A stretch of DNA of 64,000 nucleotides from Scenedesmus sp. PABB004 (lineage: Eukaryota): positions 1,488,001 to 1,552,000 of the forward strand of contig JABVCE010000003.1 in the NCBI GenBank assembly GCA_014905635.1. The letters run 5' to 3'. Both the position numbers and the translations under genes were made by a program. Below, piece by piece: positions 14,699-25,703 of the stretch; position 1 is the stretch's first letter, and every line of letters begins with the position of its first letter. A model generated the notes under the pieces. The model had not been told where the DNA came from and did not search any database. It was given only the letters and a program-made list of their open reading frames with translations.

Positions 14699-15107
14699 CG
14701 CGTCCCGGGAGCTCCCTGGCTCGCTGCGCGGAGCCTGGCGCCGCGCGCCCGCTCGTGGCCGGTGTCGTCGCCGCTGCGTTGGCCGCCCCGCCGCTGCTCG
14801 CTTCTCGCGCGGCGCTGTGGCGTGCTCGACGTCGCGATCTGCGACGGCGCGACGGCCGGCCGCCACGCGCGCGCGCCCCGGGAGCGCGCGGCCCGCTGCC
14901 CTCTGACAGGGTCCACGCAGGCACAGGCCCGCGCACCGGGTCGCCGGCGCGCGCCGCGGCCACGCCGACGCGCCGCCGCCGCAGAAGTGCACGGGGCCGG
15001 CGCGGCGGCGGCGGCGGGGCCATGGGCGGGTGCTGGCGGGCGCGGCGGGAGCGGGCGCGGCGGCGGCGGCGACCCGCGGGCGTGGTTCGGCGGCGCGCTG
15101 CGCCCTG
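14699..15107 (-). repeat. Inverted duplication A, copy 2
   Basis: Reverse complement of 10229-10662. Confidence 0.95.
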
Positions 15108-15540
15108 CGCCAGTCGCGTTCACGTTCACTTACACGCAGCCACCGCGCGGCGGCCCCCGCGCCGCCACGCCGGCGCGGTGCCGCCCCGAGGCCGACCGCC
15201 ACGCTGCTGCCGGTCCACCACCGTCAAATATACATGCGCGCAGTGCCCCACGCGCTGCTGGCTGTGTCGCCTGCCCCGCGCCGGGCCGCCGCACGCAGCG
15301 GGGCGCGACAGGCTCCCGCGCGCGCAGCCAGGCGCCGCCAGGAGGGCGGCGCCCGCGGCTGCTGTCGGGGCTGTCCCAGCGCGCAACGCGCGCCCGCCGC
15401 CGCCCTCCAGCTCCAGCTCCGCGGCTCCTGCTCCTGCTCCTGCTTGCTGCTGCTGCTCTTGCCGCCCGCGCAGTCGAGGACTCTGCGGCGCTGCTCCTGC
15501 AGCGCCCGCGCGCGCCTCGCCCGCCGCCGCGCCGCCTCCG

Positions 15541-16050
15541 TCAGAGCTCGGGCGCGGGCAGCTGCGTCGGCAGGATGCCGAACCGCTTCTTGCACGTCAC
15601 GCGCTCGCGGGAGAACTTGTCGTCCGGCGAGAAGCGCGCCGGGTGCGCAGACTTGGTCGGGCTGCCGTCGGGCGCGACCTTCTGCGCGGCGGCGGCCGGC
15701 CGCGGCGACGGCCGGCGCGCGTGGGCGACGGCGCGGCGAGGCGCCGACGGCGGCCGCCGCGGCGGCGCGGCGCGCGGCGCGGCGCGCGGCGCGGCGCGCG
15801 GCGCGGCCGGCGCCCGCGCGGCGGCGGCTGCTGCTGCCGCCGCCGCGCCGCGCGCCGGCGCGGCGGCGCCCCGCCGGGCCCCGCCCGCCGGCCGTGGCGG
15901 GCGCGCGGCGCACCGAGAGCGTGTAGACGCGGTGGCCCTCCTCGTCCTGCGCGAGCGGGCGGCGGGGGCGGGTGTGAGGCGCCGGCGGCCCCCCCGCGCG
16001 GCGCGGCGCGGCCCGGCCGCGCGCCGGACCTCGTAGTACATGAGGTACAT
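15541..16050 (-). CDS. NOP10: H/ACA snoRNP subunit Nop10 (3 exons)
   Basis: [69 protein letters not shown] on - at 15130-15134. Confidence 0.97.
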   Translation of the reverse strand: MYLMYYEVRRAAGPRRAARGGRRRLTPAPAARSRRTRRATASTRSRCAARPPRPAGGARRGAAAPARGAAAAAAAAAARAPAAPRAAPRAAPRAAPPRRPPSAPRRAVAHARRPSPRPAAAAQKVAPDGSPTKSAHPARFSPDDKFSRERVTCKKRFGILPTQLPAPEL

Positions 16051-16346
16051 CGCGCCGGGAGCGCCCGCGGCGCCCTGGGCACGAACGGGCGGCTGCTGCC
16101 GCGGCGCCTTGCTCGGACGGCGCTGCTTCGGCGATGGATCAGGCCTCCTGGACGCGATCAGCACGCTGGAGGAGACTGGCGGCGCGCCGGGCCCAGGGGG
16201 CGCGAGCAGCAGCACCAAAACCTCTTGCCCGGCGCCCCTGGGCGGCACAGGTGCCCCTGTCGACGCCCACCCGCCGCCCCCCGCTCGGCAAAGGCACAGC
16301 GCCCGCGCCGCCCGCCCGCCCGCGCGCCCTCGCGCCGGCCGCTGCT

Positions 16347-16377
<31 letters not shown>

Positions 16378-16461
16378 CGCCGCTGCTGCCGCCGCGCGCG
16401 CCGCCGCCGCTCGCGCGCCGCCGCCGCGCCGCCGACCACAGCACCGTTGCCGCCGGGCTCA

Positions 16462-17573
16462 ATGGCAGTCGGCCAGGCCGGCCGCGCCGCGCTGGCGCTG
16501 GCGCTCGCGGTCCTCGGCGTCGTCGCGCTGCCGCGCCCGGGCGCGGCGCAGCCGCTCGAGGTCGTGTCGCTGCGGGCCGACAACTTTGAGCACCAGACGC
16601 AGGCGGCCAGCGGCCAGACGACGGGGCACTGGTCCGGCGGCGCGCGCGCCGGCCCGGCCGCCGCCGCGGGCGCCGACGGCGGCGGCGAGCTCACCACGCG
16701 CCCGGCCGCGGCGCGGCGCCGCAGGTGCGTGCTGTTTGTCAACGGCAGTGCGGCGGAGGACCCGCTGCAGGCCGCGGCGGAGGAGGCGTGGGCGGCGCTG
16801 GCGGGCGAGGAGGCAAAGGACGCAATCATGGCCCGGGTGCGGCGGCGGCGCCCGGGCACGCGGCGCCGCGCGGCAGCGACCGGCGGCGGCCGGCGCGCCG
16901 CGACGCGCGCGCCCCGCGCCGCCCGCCGCTCCCGCGCGCCCGTCAGGTGGACGTCGCCACGTCGGCCGCGCTGGCCAAGCGCTTCAACGTCACGTCCACG
17001 CCCTCGGCGCTGCTCTTCCGCGACCGGGCGATGTTTGCGCTGCGCCTGCGGGGCCTCGCCCCCGACGCGGGCGACGTTGCGGGCGCGGTCGCCGCCTTCC
17101 TCGCCGCCGGCTACGAGGCGTCCGGCGGCGCGCGCGTGCCGCCCGAGGCGACGCTGCTGTCGGCCGCGCTCGAGGCCGCCCAGCTGCTCAAGGTCGACGC
17201 CAATTGGATGCTGTACGCCGGCATCGCCGCGCTCGCCGTCGGCGGCGTCATGTTTGTGGTGCGGCGGCGGCGGCGGGGGCCCTGCTCAGGCGCCGCGCCG
17301 CGCCGCGCTGCGCCGCGCCGGCTCACCCGCGCCGCCGCGCCGCGCCGCGCTGCCGCGCCGCCGCAGGCGTTTATGGGCGTGGGCGTGTGGATGATGCTGC
17401 CGGACCGCCCGCCCAAGCCCGCGGCGGCCGCGGCGGCCGCCGCCGAGCCCACGGCGGCGCCCGCGGCGGCAGCCGACAGCGGCGACGCCGCGAGCGACAC
17501 CGACGAGGGCGTGGCCAAGCCGTCGGGCGAGAGCCGGCCCGCCGCCACGCGCGCGACGCGGCGGCGCGCGTGA
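16462..17573 (+). CDS. Thioredoxin-fold type-I membrane protein (TMX-like) lacking CXXC
   Basis: Signal peptide; VVSLRADNFEHQTQAASGQTTGHW|CVLF; MAR|VDVATSAALAKRFNVTSTPSALLFRDRAMF; hydrophobic helix WMLYAGIAALAVGGVMFV|AFMGVGVWMM. Confidence 0.8.
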
Positions 17574-18006
17574 GGGGGAGGCGCGCAGACGTACTAACGG
17601 GCAGGGGGAGGGGGGCCTGGCCACCACGGCGGTGCCGGTTTTGGGGCTGCGGCGGCCGCGGGGTTGGGCGCGCGCAACAACAACGCACGTGTGACGGGAT
17701 GACAGGCGGTCACCGCCCGTCACGTCGCCGCATCCCCGCCGCCGCGAGCGCACGGCGCCGGCAGCCCCTCGCCGGCAGCTCCCCAGGCCTCGCCACCGGT
17801 CCCGCGTGCGCCCCCCGGCCGCTCGTCCCGTCGACCGCGCCTGCAGCAGCAGCGGCACGCCAGGCGCCAGCTCGCCGCGCAGGCGGTCCCGCGGCTCCTC
17901 TACTGCCGCGTAACGGTGCTCTGCCCAACCTCCGAACGTCCCGGGCAGCGGCTGAGGCCGCGGCGGAAGCTGCTGCCGCCGCAGCGGCGGTGGCGGCGGC
18001 AGCAGC

Positions 18007-18960
18007 ATGGCCTCTCCCGACAAGGACACGCTGGACAGGACGGTGGCGTTCCTGCAGAAGCGGGAGGGCATCGACAAGGTGCGACTCCAGGGGGCGCTGA
18101 CGCCCGGGCGGCACGCAGCCGCGCGCAACGACAAGCGTCGACCGGCGCCTGCTGCCGCGCCACGCGGGCGGCGCGCAGGCGCTGAAAATCATCCGCTACG
18201 CCTCCCGCCTGGTCGTCGCGCTGAGCCCGCCCGGCAGCGAAACGCGGCTGCGCTTCGAGGCGCTGCAGTCGAGCGTCGGCACGAGCAGGCGCGCGGCGCG
18301 GCGCGCGGCGCTGGCGCCGGCTGGCAGCCGGCCGCGGCCTCGCCGCCGAGCTGCCCCCGCCCGCCCACGCGCGGCGCCGTCGCCCCGCCCCGCGCCGCCA
18401 GGAAGGCGTACCGGCTGGGCAAGTTCCTGCAGGGCGTGAACGGCCTGCGCCGCGTGCGCCTCGGGCGCGGCGCCGGCGACGTGCTCGCGCTGGCCGAGGC
18501 GGTCGCCCTTGCGGGGGAGGGGACGTATTACTTCCTGGACCAGTTCATCTGGTGCGGCGGCGGCGGAGCTCCCTCCGCGGGCAACGGCGCACGAGGCGGC
18601 GCGCGCGGCCGCGGCGGGCGGCGGCGGGCGGCGGGGCGCAAGGGGCGGCGGGCGGCGGCGGGCGCTGGGGGCGCGGCGGCGGCGCCGCGCCGCGCGGCGC
18701 GCCCCCCCTCGAGCGCGCCCGCGCGCACGCCCCGCGCCGCCGGCCGGCCGCCAGGCTCATGAAGGCCGGCTTCCTGCCCAAGCACAGCGAGGCGGCGCTG
18801 GCCAAGGCCTCGGCGTGGGCCGAGCTGCTCGGCTACGCCGGCAGCGTCGCGCTCAGCTTGCACAAGCTCGCCGCGCTGGAGCGCCAGGCCGCGGCGCTGC
18901 AGCGCAAGGCCAAAGCAGCGCGCAAGGTGCGGGGCGCCGCGCTGCGCCGCGGGGCGCTCG

Positions 18961-18998
<38 letters not shown>

Positions 18999-19272
18999 TG
19001 CGGCCGCGGCGCACGCCCCCCACCCCCGGCCCGCGCCCCAGGACGTCGACGGCGGCGGCTGCGTCGACGGCGGCCTGCTGCGGCAGCTGGAGCTGGTGCG
19101 GTTGGCGCGCGTGCTGCGGCTGGCGCTGATCTGCCAGGACCTCGCGGACAGCATGGGCGCGATAAACGACCTGGCAGACGGGCGCATCGCCGGCTTCAAC
19201 CACCCCGTGGTGCTGAGCGTCGCGGGGCTGCTCTCGGCGGCGGTCAGCACCTACAAGTACTGGGGCACGTGA
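18007..19272 (+). CDS. PEX11: Peroxin 11 family protein (5 exons)
   Basis: DTLDRTVAFLQKREGIDK|ALKIIRYASRL..LQSSVGTSR|KAYRLGKFLQGVN..GEGTYYFLDQFIW|LMKAG..SAWAELLGYAGS..QDLADS..AGLLSAAVSTYKYW. Confidence 0.93.
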
Positions 19273-19387
19273 GCCCTGGATTTAGGGCTCGCGTGAGCCC
19301 TCAACCTTAACCTCACGCGCTGCGCCGCGGGGTGTTACGCAACACCGCTCTCGCTCGCGCGCGGCCCGCGGCAGAGGGCCGCCGGGC

Positions 19388-21782
19388 TCACCCGCCCCCC
19401 GCGTCCACCACCGCCTCGCCCGCGAGCGCGCGCAGCGCCTGCTGCGCCGCCTGCCGGTCCGGCCACGTGCGCGTCACCGCGTCCGCCAGCCACGGCCACG
19501 CCGCCAGCGCGTCCGGCACGCCGCTGCCAGCGCCGGGCGGCTGCTGCTCCGCGCCCGCGGCGTCCGCCGCCGCCAGCATCTGCTGCGCGCGCAGCCCCGC
19601 CAGCACACGCGCCAGCTGCGCCGCCAGCCAGCGGCGCCGCAGGCGCGCGGACAGCGCGAGGCCGGCGGGCGGGGCGGCCGGAGGGCTGGCGCCGGCGCCG
19701 CCGGCCCCCGGCGCGAGCACGCCGCGCGCGCGCAGCAGCGCGCGCAGGCGCGCCATCGCCGCGTCTAGCCAGGGCCGCGGCAGCAGCAGCTGCAGCCGCC
19801 CCACCGCGTGCAGCAGGCCGCACACGTTGAGCAGGTTAGCGGTCGGCAGCGCGGCGCCGCTGGCGGCGAGGAAGCGCGCCGCCCACGCGTGCGGCAGCAC
19901 CAGCGCGCCGCCGTCGCAGTGCGGCGCGACGGCCGCGAGCCCCCCGAGCACGCACTCCGCGGTGAGGCCGTCCAGGCCGCGCAGCACGGCCGGCGTGGCG
20001 CTCGACGCCCAGAACGCGGCGAGCCAGGCCGCGCCGGGCGGCCGCTCGAGCTGGCGCAGCGCGGCCCAGGCGAGGCCGTGCCCCCGCGCGGTGACGCCGC
20101 CGGCGGCCATCGCGGCGGCGCTGGCGGCCTCCCACGCGCGCAGCCAGGCCGCCGGCGGCGCCTGCCCGAGCTGCACGGCGCTCCACAGCAGCAGGCCGAG
20201 CTCGCGCCCGCCCGCGCCGGGCAGCAGCGCCGCGCTCTCGCGCCACCACAGCGCCAGCCAGCCCGCCGTGGGGATGTGGCGCAGCCGCACGAGGCCCAGC
20301 CACAGCGCCGCCGCCTCGCCCGGCCGGAAGAGGGGCAGATAGGGCGCCGCGCCCGCGAGAACCGCCTCGGCCCAGCTGCCGCGCGGCGCCAGGCCCAGCG
20401 CGCCCGTCGCCCACAGGCTGAGCGCGAGGCCCTGCGGGCTCAGCGCGCCGCCGGCCGCGAGCGACGCGCCGCGGCGCAGCAGCGCCTGCGCCGCCAGCAG
20501 CGGCGGCCGGAAGCGCAGCCGCGCGAGGCCCCACAGCAGCTCCGGCAGCTCGGCCGACCCCAGCGCGTGCGCCTGCTCCGCGGCGCGCCAGCACAGCGCC
20601 TGCAGCCACTCGCCGGGCGGCGCCAGGCCGAGCGCGGCGAGCGCCCACACCGACACGGCGCAGTCGTGGCCGTTGGCGCCGGGCAGGGCCTGCCGCATCG
20701 ACGCCAGCCACGCCGCCAGCCAGGCGGCGTCGGGGCAGAGCCGCATGCGCGCGACCGCCCACAGGGCGACCGCGAGGCCCTGGGGGATGAGCAGCCCCCG
20801 CTCCATCGCCGCGCCGCTGGCCGCCAGCAGCCGCGCCGCGGCGGCGCCGCCGGGCGCCAGGCGCCACGCGCCCAGCGCCCACAGCAGCATGCACAGCCCC
20901 TGCGGGCTCAGCAGCTCCAGGCGGGGCGCCAGGGCGGCCAGCGCAGCGCCGACCGCGCTGCCGTGCGCGGGCAGGTGCTGCTGCTCCTGCTGCCGCAGGT
21001 CTGGCCCCAGGTCGCCCGGCTCCAGGTCGCCCGGCTCCACGGACATGCGCGCCAGCGACCACAGCAGCACAACCAGCTGCCGCGGCAGGTCCGCCGTGCC
21101 GGCATCGCCGCCGTCGGCGTCGCCGCCGCCGCCGCCGCCCGTGTCCGCTGCCGCGCCGTGCAGGCGCGCTGCCATGCCGCGCAGCGCCTCACCCACGCGC
21201 GGCAGCAGCTCCGGCGGCAGCGCGTGCCCCAGCACCGCGAGCGCCCAGCAGCAGCTGGCGATGGTGGCGGGCGCCATGGCAGGCCAGTGCTCCGCCACCG
21301 CCGCGGCCAGCTGCTCCAGCAGGTGCTGCTGGCCGTCGCTGTCGCCCTCGTCCCAGCTGCCCGTGGCGTGGCCGGTGGCGGCCTCCAGCTCCGCGCCGCC
21401 CTCGGGCGCGACGTGCCACCTGCTCGCGCGGCCGCCGCCCGCCGCGCCGGCGGCCGCCTGGCGCACCGTGGCGAGCTGGCGCTGCTGCTGCCGCCCCAGC
21501 GGCACCACGCCGCGCGCCGCCACCGCGTACACGCGGCTGCTGCCGCCCGCCGCCGCCGAGGCCGCCGCGCGGCGCGCCGCCGCGAGGCGCGCCAGCGTCG
21601 CCAGCGCCGCGGCGACGTGCAGGGCGTTGAGCCGGCCTGCGCTGTCCGCCGCCGCGAGCACGTCGGCCACGTCCTCCCAGCTGCCGCAGCTGTCGGTGAG
21701 CACCGCGGTCAGCTTGCGGTCAAGCCGCGCGCCCGCGTCGCCCGCGCTGGCGGGCGGCGGCGGCGCCCCGCGCGCCGCGCCG

Positions 21783-21825
<43 letters not shown>

Positions 21826-22254
21826 AAAGTGCGCCAGCAGCGCGGCGAGCCCCGGCGGCGGCGGCGGCGGCGGCGAGCCGGCGGCCTCCTGCTGGCGCTG
21901 CAGCCGCAGCAGCCGCGCGCGGCGCTGCTGCCGCGCCGCGGCCCAGCTGCCGCCGGCCGGCGGCGCGTGCCGCCCCGCCGGCTCGGTCCCCGGCTGCGGC
22001 AGCGCCGCCGGCTCGGGTGCGCGCCGCTGCGGCCGCGCCGGCCGCGCCGCCGCGCCGCCGCCACCTGGCGCCGCCGAGGGCGCGCCCCCTGCTCGCGCCG
22101 GCTCCTCCTGCTGCGCCAGCGGCGCCGTCGCTGCCGCCGCCACCGCACGCTCCAGCTGGCGCAGCGCGGCGGCCGGGCTGGGGCAGCGCCAGTGCACGAG
22201 CTGCCGCCGCTGCTGCCGCGCCGCCGCCGCCGTCGCGGCCGGCCCGCGGCGCAT
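19388..22254 (-). CDS. Organellar alpha-solenoid repeat protein (octotricopeptide/OPR-like, FASTK-like); N-terminus uncertain
   Basis: 771-aa open frame with tandem ~38-aa repeats (LSPQGLCMLLWALGAWRLAP, LIPQGLAVALWAVARMRLCPDAAWL, LSPQGLALSLWATGALGLAPRGSW). A GT-AG intron at 22064-21994 would put ATG 22254 in frame. Confidence 0.8.
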
Positions 22255-22463
22255 CAGCGCTCGCGCCCTCGGCTGCTAGTCGTGGGCGATGAGGAGCGGG
22301 GGAGGGGGCGGCCCTCGCCGCCCCTCAGCGACGCCGCGTGCATGCCTTTCGCTGCCCCCTCAGGCGTCAGGGGAGGCGCGTGCGCGCGCTATCGTGGGTC
22401 GGACTGAGACGGCGCAGGTTTGGAGCTCGCTGGCGGGCAGCCGCGAAGCGGCGGCGGCGCGCG

Positions 22464-23064
22464 GCGGCGCCGCAGGGCCGCGGGCGGGCGCGGGCGCGGG
22501 CGGGCCGCCCGACGGCACGGCCGGCGCCGACGTGGTGTTCTGGGTGACCTCAACTACCGCATCGACGGCGACGACGGGCTGCTCGTCGCGGCCGGCGCCG
22601 GCGGCGGCGGGCTGCTGCGCCGCGCGGCGGCGGCCGCGGCCGGGGCCGCGAGGTGCAGCATCATGTGACGTGATCGGAGGGCGGTCGCGCTCCAGCGGCT
22701 CTGCTGCGCCCCGCCGCCGCCGGCCGCCGCCGCCGGCAGCGCGTCGGCGCGGTCAGCAGCGGGCTCGCGCGGGCCGCCTCGTCGCAAGGTCGGCGGTCAG
22801 ACGAGCGCACCCGTCCGCCGGCGCGCGCCCGGGGCGGCACACCGCGCTCGCGCCTAGGCTAGGCGCGGCCGCCCTCTCCTTGCTAGGCTAGGCCCGTGCC
22901 GCGCTTGCCTGCCTGGAGGCGGCGCCCACGCGCTCCGCGCTGCCCACAGCCCCCGCCCAGGCCGCGCCGTCGCCGCCCCGCGCGCCGTAGCCGCCGCGAG
23001 CGCCTCCCGCGCAGCGCGACCCGCGCATTCGCCCGGCCCCACCGCCAGCGGTCGCCATGCAGGT
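22464..23064 (+). pseudogene. Inverted duplication B, copy 1: internally deleted, frameshifted fragment of the inositol 5-phosphatase 3' end plus its downstream region
   Basis: GGPPDGTAGADVVFW(4-nt deletion)DLNYRI fused directly to DGDDGLLVAAGAGGGG..RCSIM*, then about 400 bp matching the reverse complement of 32176-32580. Confidence 0.93.
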
Positions 23065-23367
23065 CGCGAGCCGCGCAGGCGTCGGCGCCAAGTCGGCCGC
23101 CGCAGGTGCGGAGCTCGGGGACGACGGGGGCGACCGGGAGAAGCATCGATGGCCACCACACCCACGCACGCGGGCCTGCGGCGCGCGGGCAGCCCGACGC
23201 GCTGCTCAGCCCGCCGGGCGAGGGAGATCGGGGACAGTGGCCGCGCGCGCAGCCCCTGCGGGCGACCGGGCGCGCGGGGAGTGCGCGGCCAAACTGGCCG
23301 CACCCGTCGAGCCGCTGCAGCGCCCCACCCGCCGCGGCGGCGCGCCCACGGCTCCGGGGAGCCGATC

Positions 23368-24484
23368 ATGGTGCTCACGCGCCGCCGGCCGCCGCTCGCT
23401 CGCGCAGGCGTGGCGCCGAGCGCCGCGCGCCGGTCGGCGCTCGCCGCCGGGCCCGTCGCCGCGGCCCCCGCCGCCGTGCCGAGCAGGAGCCGCACGGTGA
23501 GCTGCTTCCTGGAGCTCTGGAGGGGGGCCGAGCAGCACCAGCCGGGCGGGCGGCTCCGTGCCGGGGGGGGCAGCGCTCGCCAGGCGGCGGCCGCGCGCGC
23601 GCGCGCTTGCCCAACCGCCCGCTCGCCCGCCCGCTCCCGCCAGGTGCGCGTGGCGGCGTACCGCGACTGCGGCGTGCTGCGTGATGCGCAGACGATGCGC
23701 TTCAAGCACATCCTCTCGACCTACAACAAGGCCCACGCCGTCTTCCCCAAGGCGCGCGCCGCGCCGCGCCGCGCCGCCCCGCCGCCCCGGCCCTGGCCCC
23801 GCCGCCGCCGCCGCCTCGGGCCCTCCCCCCCCCCCCCCCCCCCCCCCCGCGCCTCACCGCGCCGCCGCGCCCGGCGCGCCGCGCCGCAGGTCAAGTTTGT
23901 GCTGAAGCACAACTCGCGCCTGGGCGAGGTGTGGAAGCTGAGCGGGAACAGCCCCGAGCTCGGCAACTGGGTGCCCGAGATCTCGCCCTGCCTCTCCTGG
24001 CAGGACGGCGGCGTGTGGAGCGCGGAGGTCGCGCTGCCGCCGGGGAACTACAGCTTCAAGTGCATGCTCCGCCGTGCCGACGGCAGCTACGTATGGGAGG
24101 CGGGGGAGAACCGGCAGCTCTCGGTGAGGCCGCGCGCGCGCGCGCGCCCGCACCGGTGGTGACGGGGACCGGGGCGCGCCGCGCGGGCCGCGCCGCGCCG
24201 CGCCGCGCCGCGCGCCCGCGCCGCGCGCCGCGCCTCGCACAGCCCCCGACGCGCGCGCCCGCCCCCCGCCGCCGCGCCGCGCCGCCCAGGTCCCGGTGAA
24301 GGACCGCGCGGGGCACATGGTTCTCACCTACCACATGGACGTGCGGACGGAGCCGGTGGAGAGCCTCTCCGCGCCCGCGCCTGGCAAGTACGGCGTCATG
24401 CAGCAGGGCGAGCCGCGCGGCTACGACAGCGCGCGCGCGCCGGCCGCCGACCGCGCGTACGCGAGCGCCGGTGCGCGCTGGTGA
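23368..24484 (+). CDS. CBM20 starch-binding domain protein; start uncertain
   Basis: VKFVLKHNSRLGEVWKLSGNSPELGNWVPEISPCLSWQDGGVWSAEVALPPGNYSFKCMLRRADGSYVWEAGENRQLS fits CBM20 (GxxxxLGxW, W, YxFK, WExGxNR). Confidence 0.85.
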
Positions 24485-25703
24485 GCGGCGGCGGGCCGCC
24501 GCGACGACGGCTGCAGCGCTGCGCACCCCGCGGCGCACAGCCCGGCCGGCGGCGCGGCGGCGGCGGCATGCCAGCGCACACAGCGCGGTGCAATGCGCCG
24601 CCGCCGCGCCGGCGGCGGTGGGTGGCGGAGGAGAGGGGCGGGGCCCCCGCCCCGGCCGGGGCGGCGAGGCGCGCGCCCGCGGAGTTCCGAGTGGCGGCCG
24701 CGGGCCCCAGGGTGTTGATGCGTGTTGTGCGTCCCGGCGCGCCCGGTTTGTGGCCACGACGTGGCCCGTCGTTTGCTTGCCTCGCTGATGTACCACCAAG
24801 TCTGCGACCAGGGGTGACCCCATTTCAAAACGCCGCTCATTAGTACGCGCCTGCTGCTGTGTCGGCGGGGCCGAGGGGGCCTGACGCGGCGTGGACGGGG
24901 TGGGGCGGAGGGAGCGGGCGGGAGGGGGTGCGTGTGGGGTGTGGGGGTGGGCCCGGGACGTTGCTTGCACACACGCACCGCCATGCGCCGACGACGACAG
25001 GCCGCCGACAGCGCGCACGGCCAGCACGTGCCGCGCACGACCATGCGTGTGCGCGGCGGAACGTGGGGCCGGCCGGCGGCCGCGCGAGGGCGGCCCCGGC
25101 CGGCTGAGGCCGCCACCTTTTGGGGGGAGACTGCGGCAGCAGGTTGAGGCAACGGCTGCGGCTTGAGCAGCGGTTTTGGAGGAGAGACCGCGCGCGCGTG
25201 CGCGTGAGTTGCGAGACGGCGGGACGGCTGCGCTGCGCTGTGAGCGGTGGGCTGCCGCACGGGCGGCGGCCGCGTGACGAGGCGAGGCGAGGCGAGGCGA
25301 GGTTGATGATGAGCTGCTGCTGTGACTGCCGAGCCCGAGGGCCCGCCCGCCGCGCGCGCCTGCAGCAGCAGTCTCCCCCAGCAGCGCCAGCCCGCCAGGG
25401 GCTCGGCCAGCCAGAGGTTGTTACAGTCGCAGCGGCGTGGATCGCACAAACGAAAGAGAATGCCCACACTGCCTGGGCCAGACGGCGCAGCACATCACAG
25501 ACAGCGCCCGCGCGCGCCCGCCTGCCCTCGCGGCAGGCGCAGCGCGACGCGGCCCCCCCGCTGGTTGGTTGGTGTACACGGCGGCCCCCGCCGCCCCGCG
25601 GTCGATCGCAGCCCCCACCCCGCCCGCCCGCCCGCCCGCCCGCGCGCCGCAGGGGCGCGGCTGCAGCAGCCGCCGGCGGCGCCGCCGGCGGCGCCGCCGG
25701 CCG

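Noticed and set aside
19271..19290. Hairpin gagccct-ggattt-agggctc at the PEX11 TGA (readthrough/SECIS idea)
   Set aside because: PEX11 homology ends here, the stem is short and there are no SECIS features.
21709..22254. Separate polyQ ORF or frameshift upstream of the OPR-like ORF
   Set aside because: A 71-nt GT-AG intron (22064-21994) would join the frames, so no frameshift is needed; not verified.
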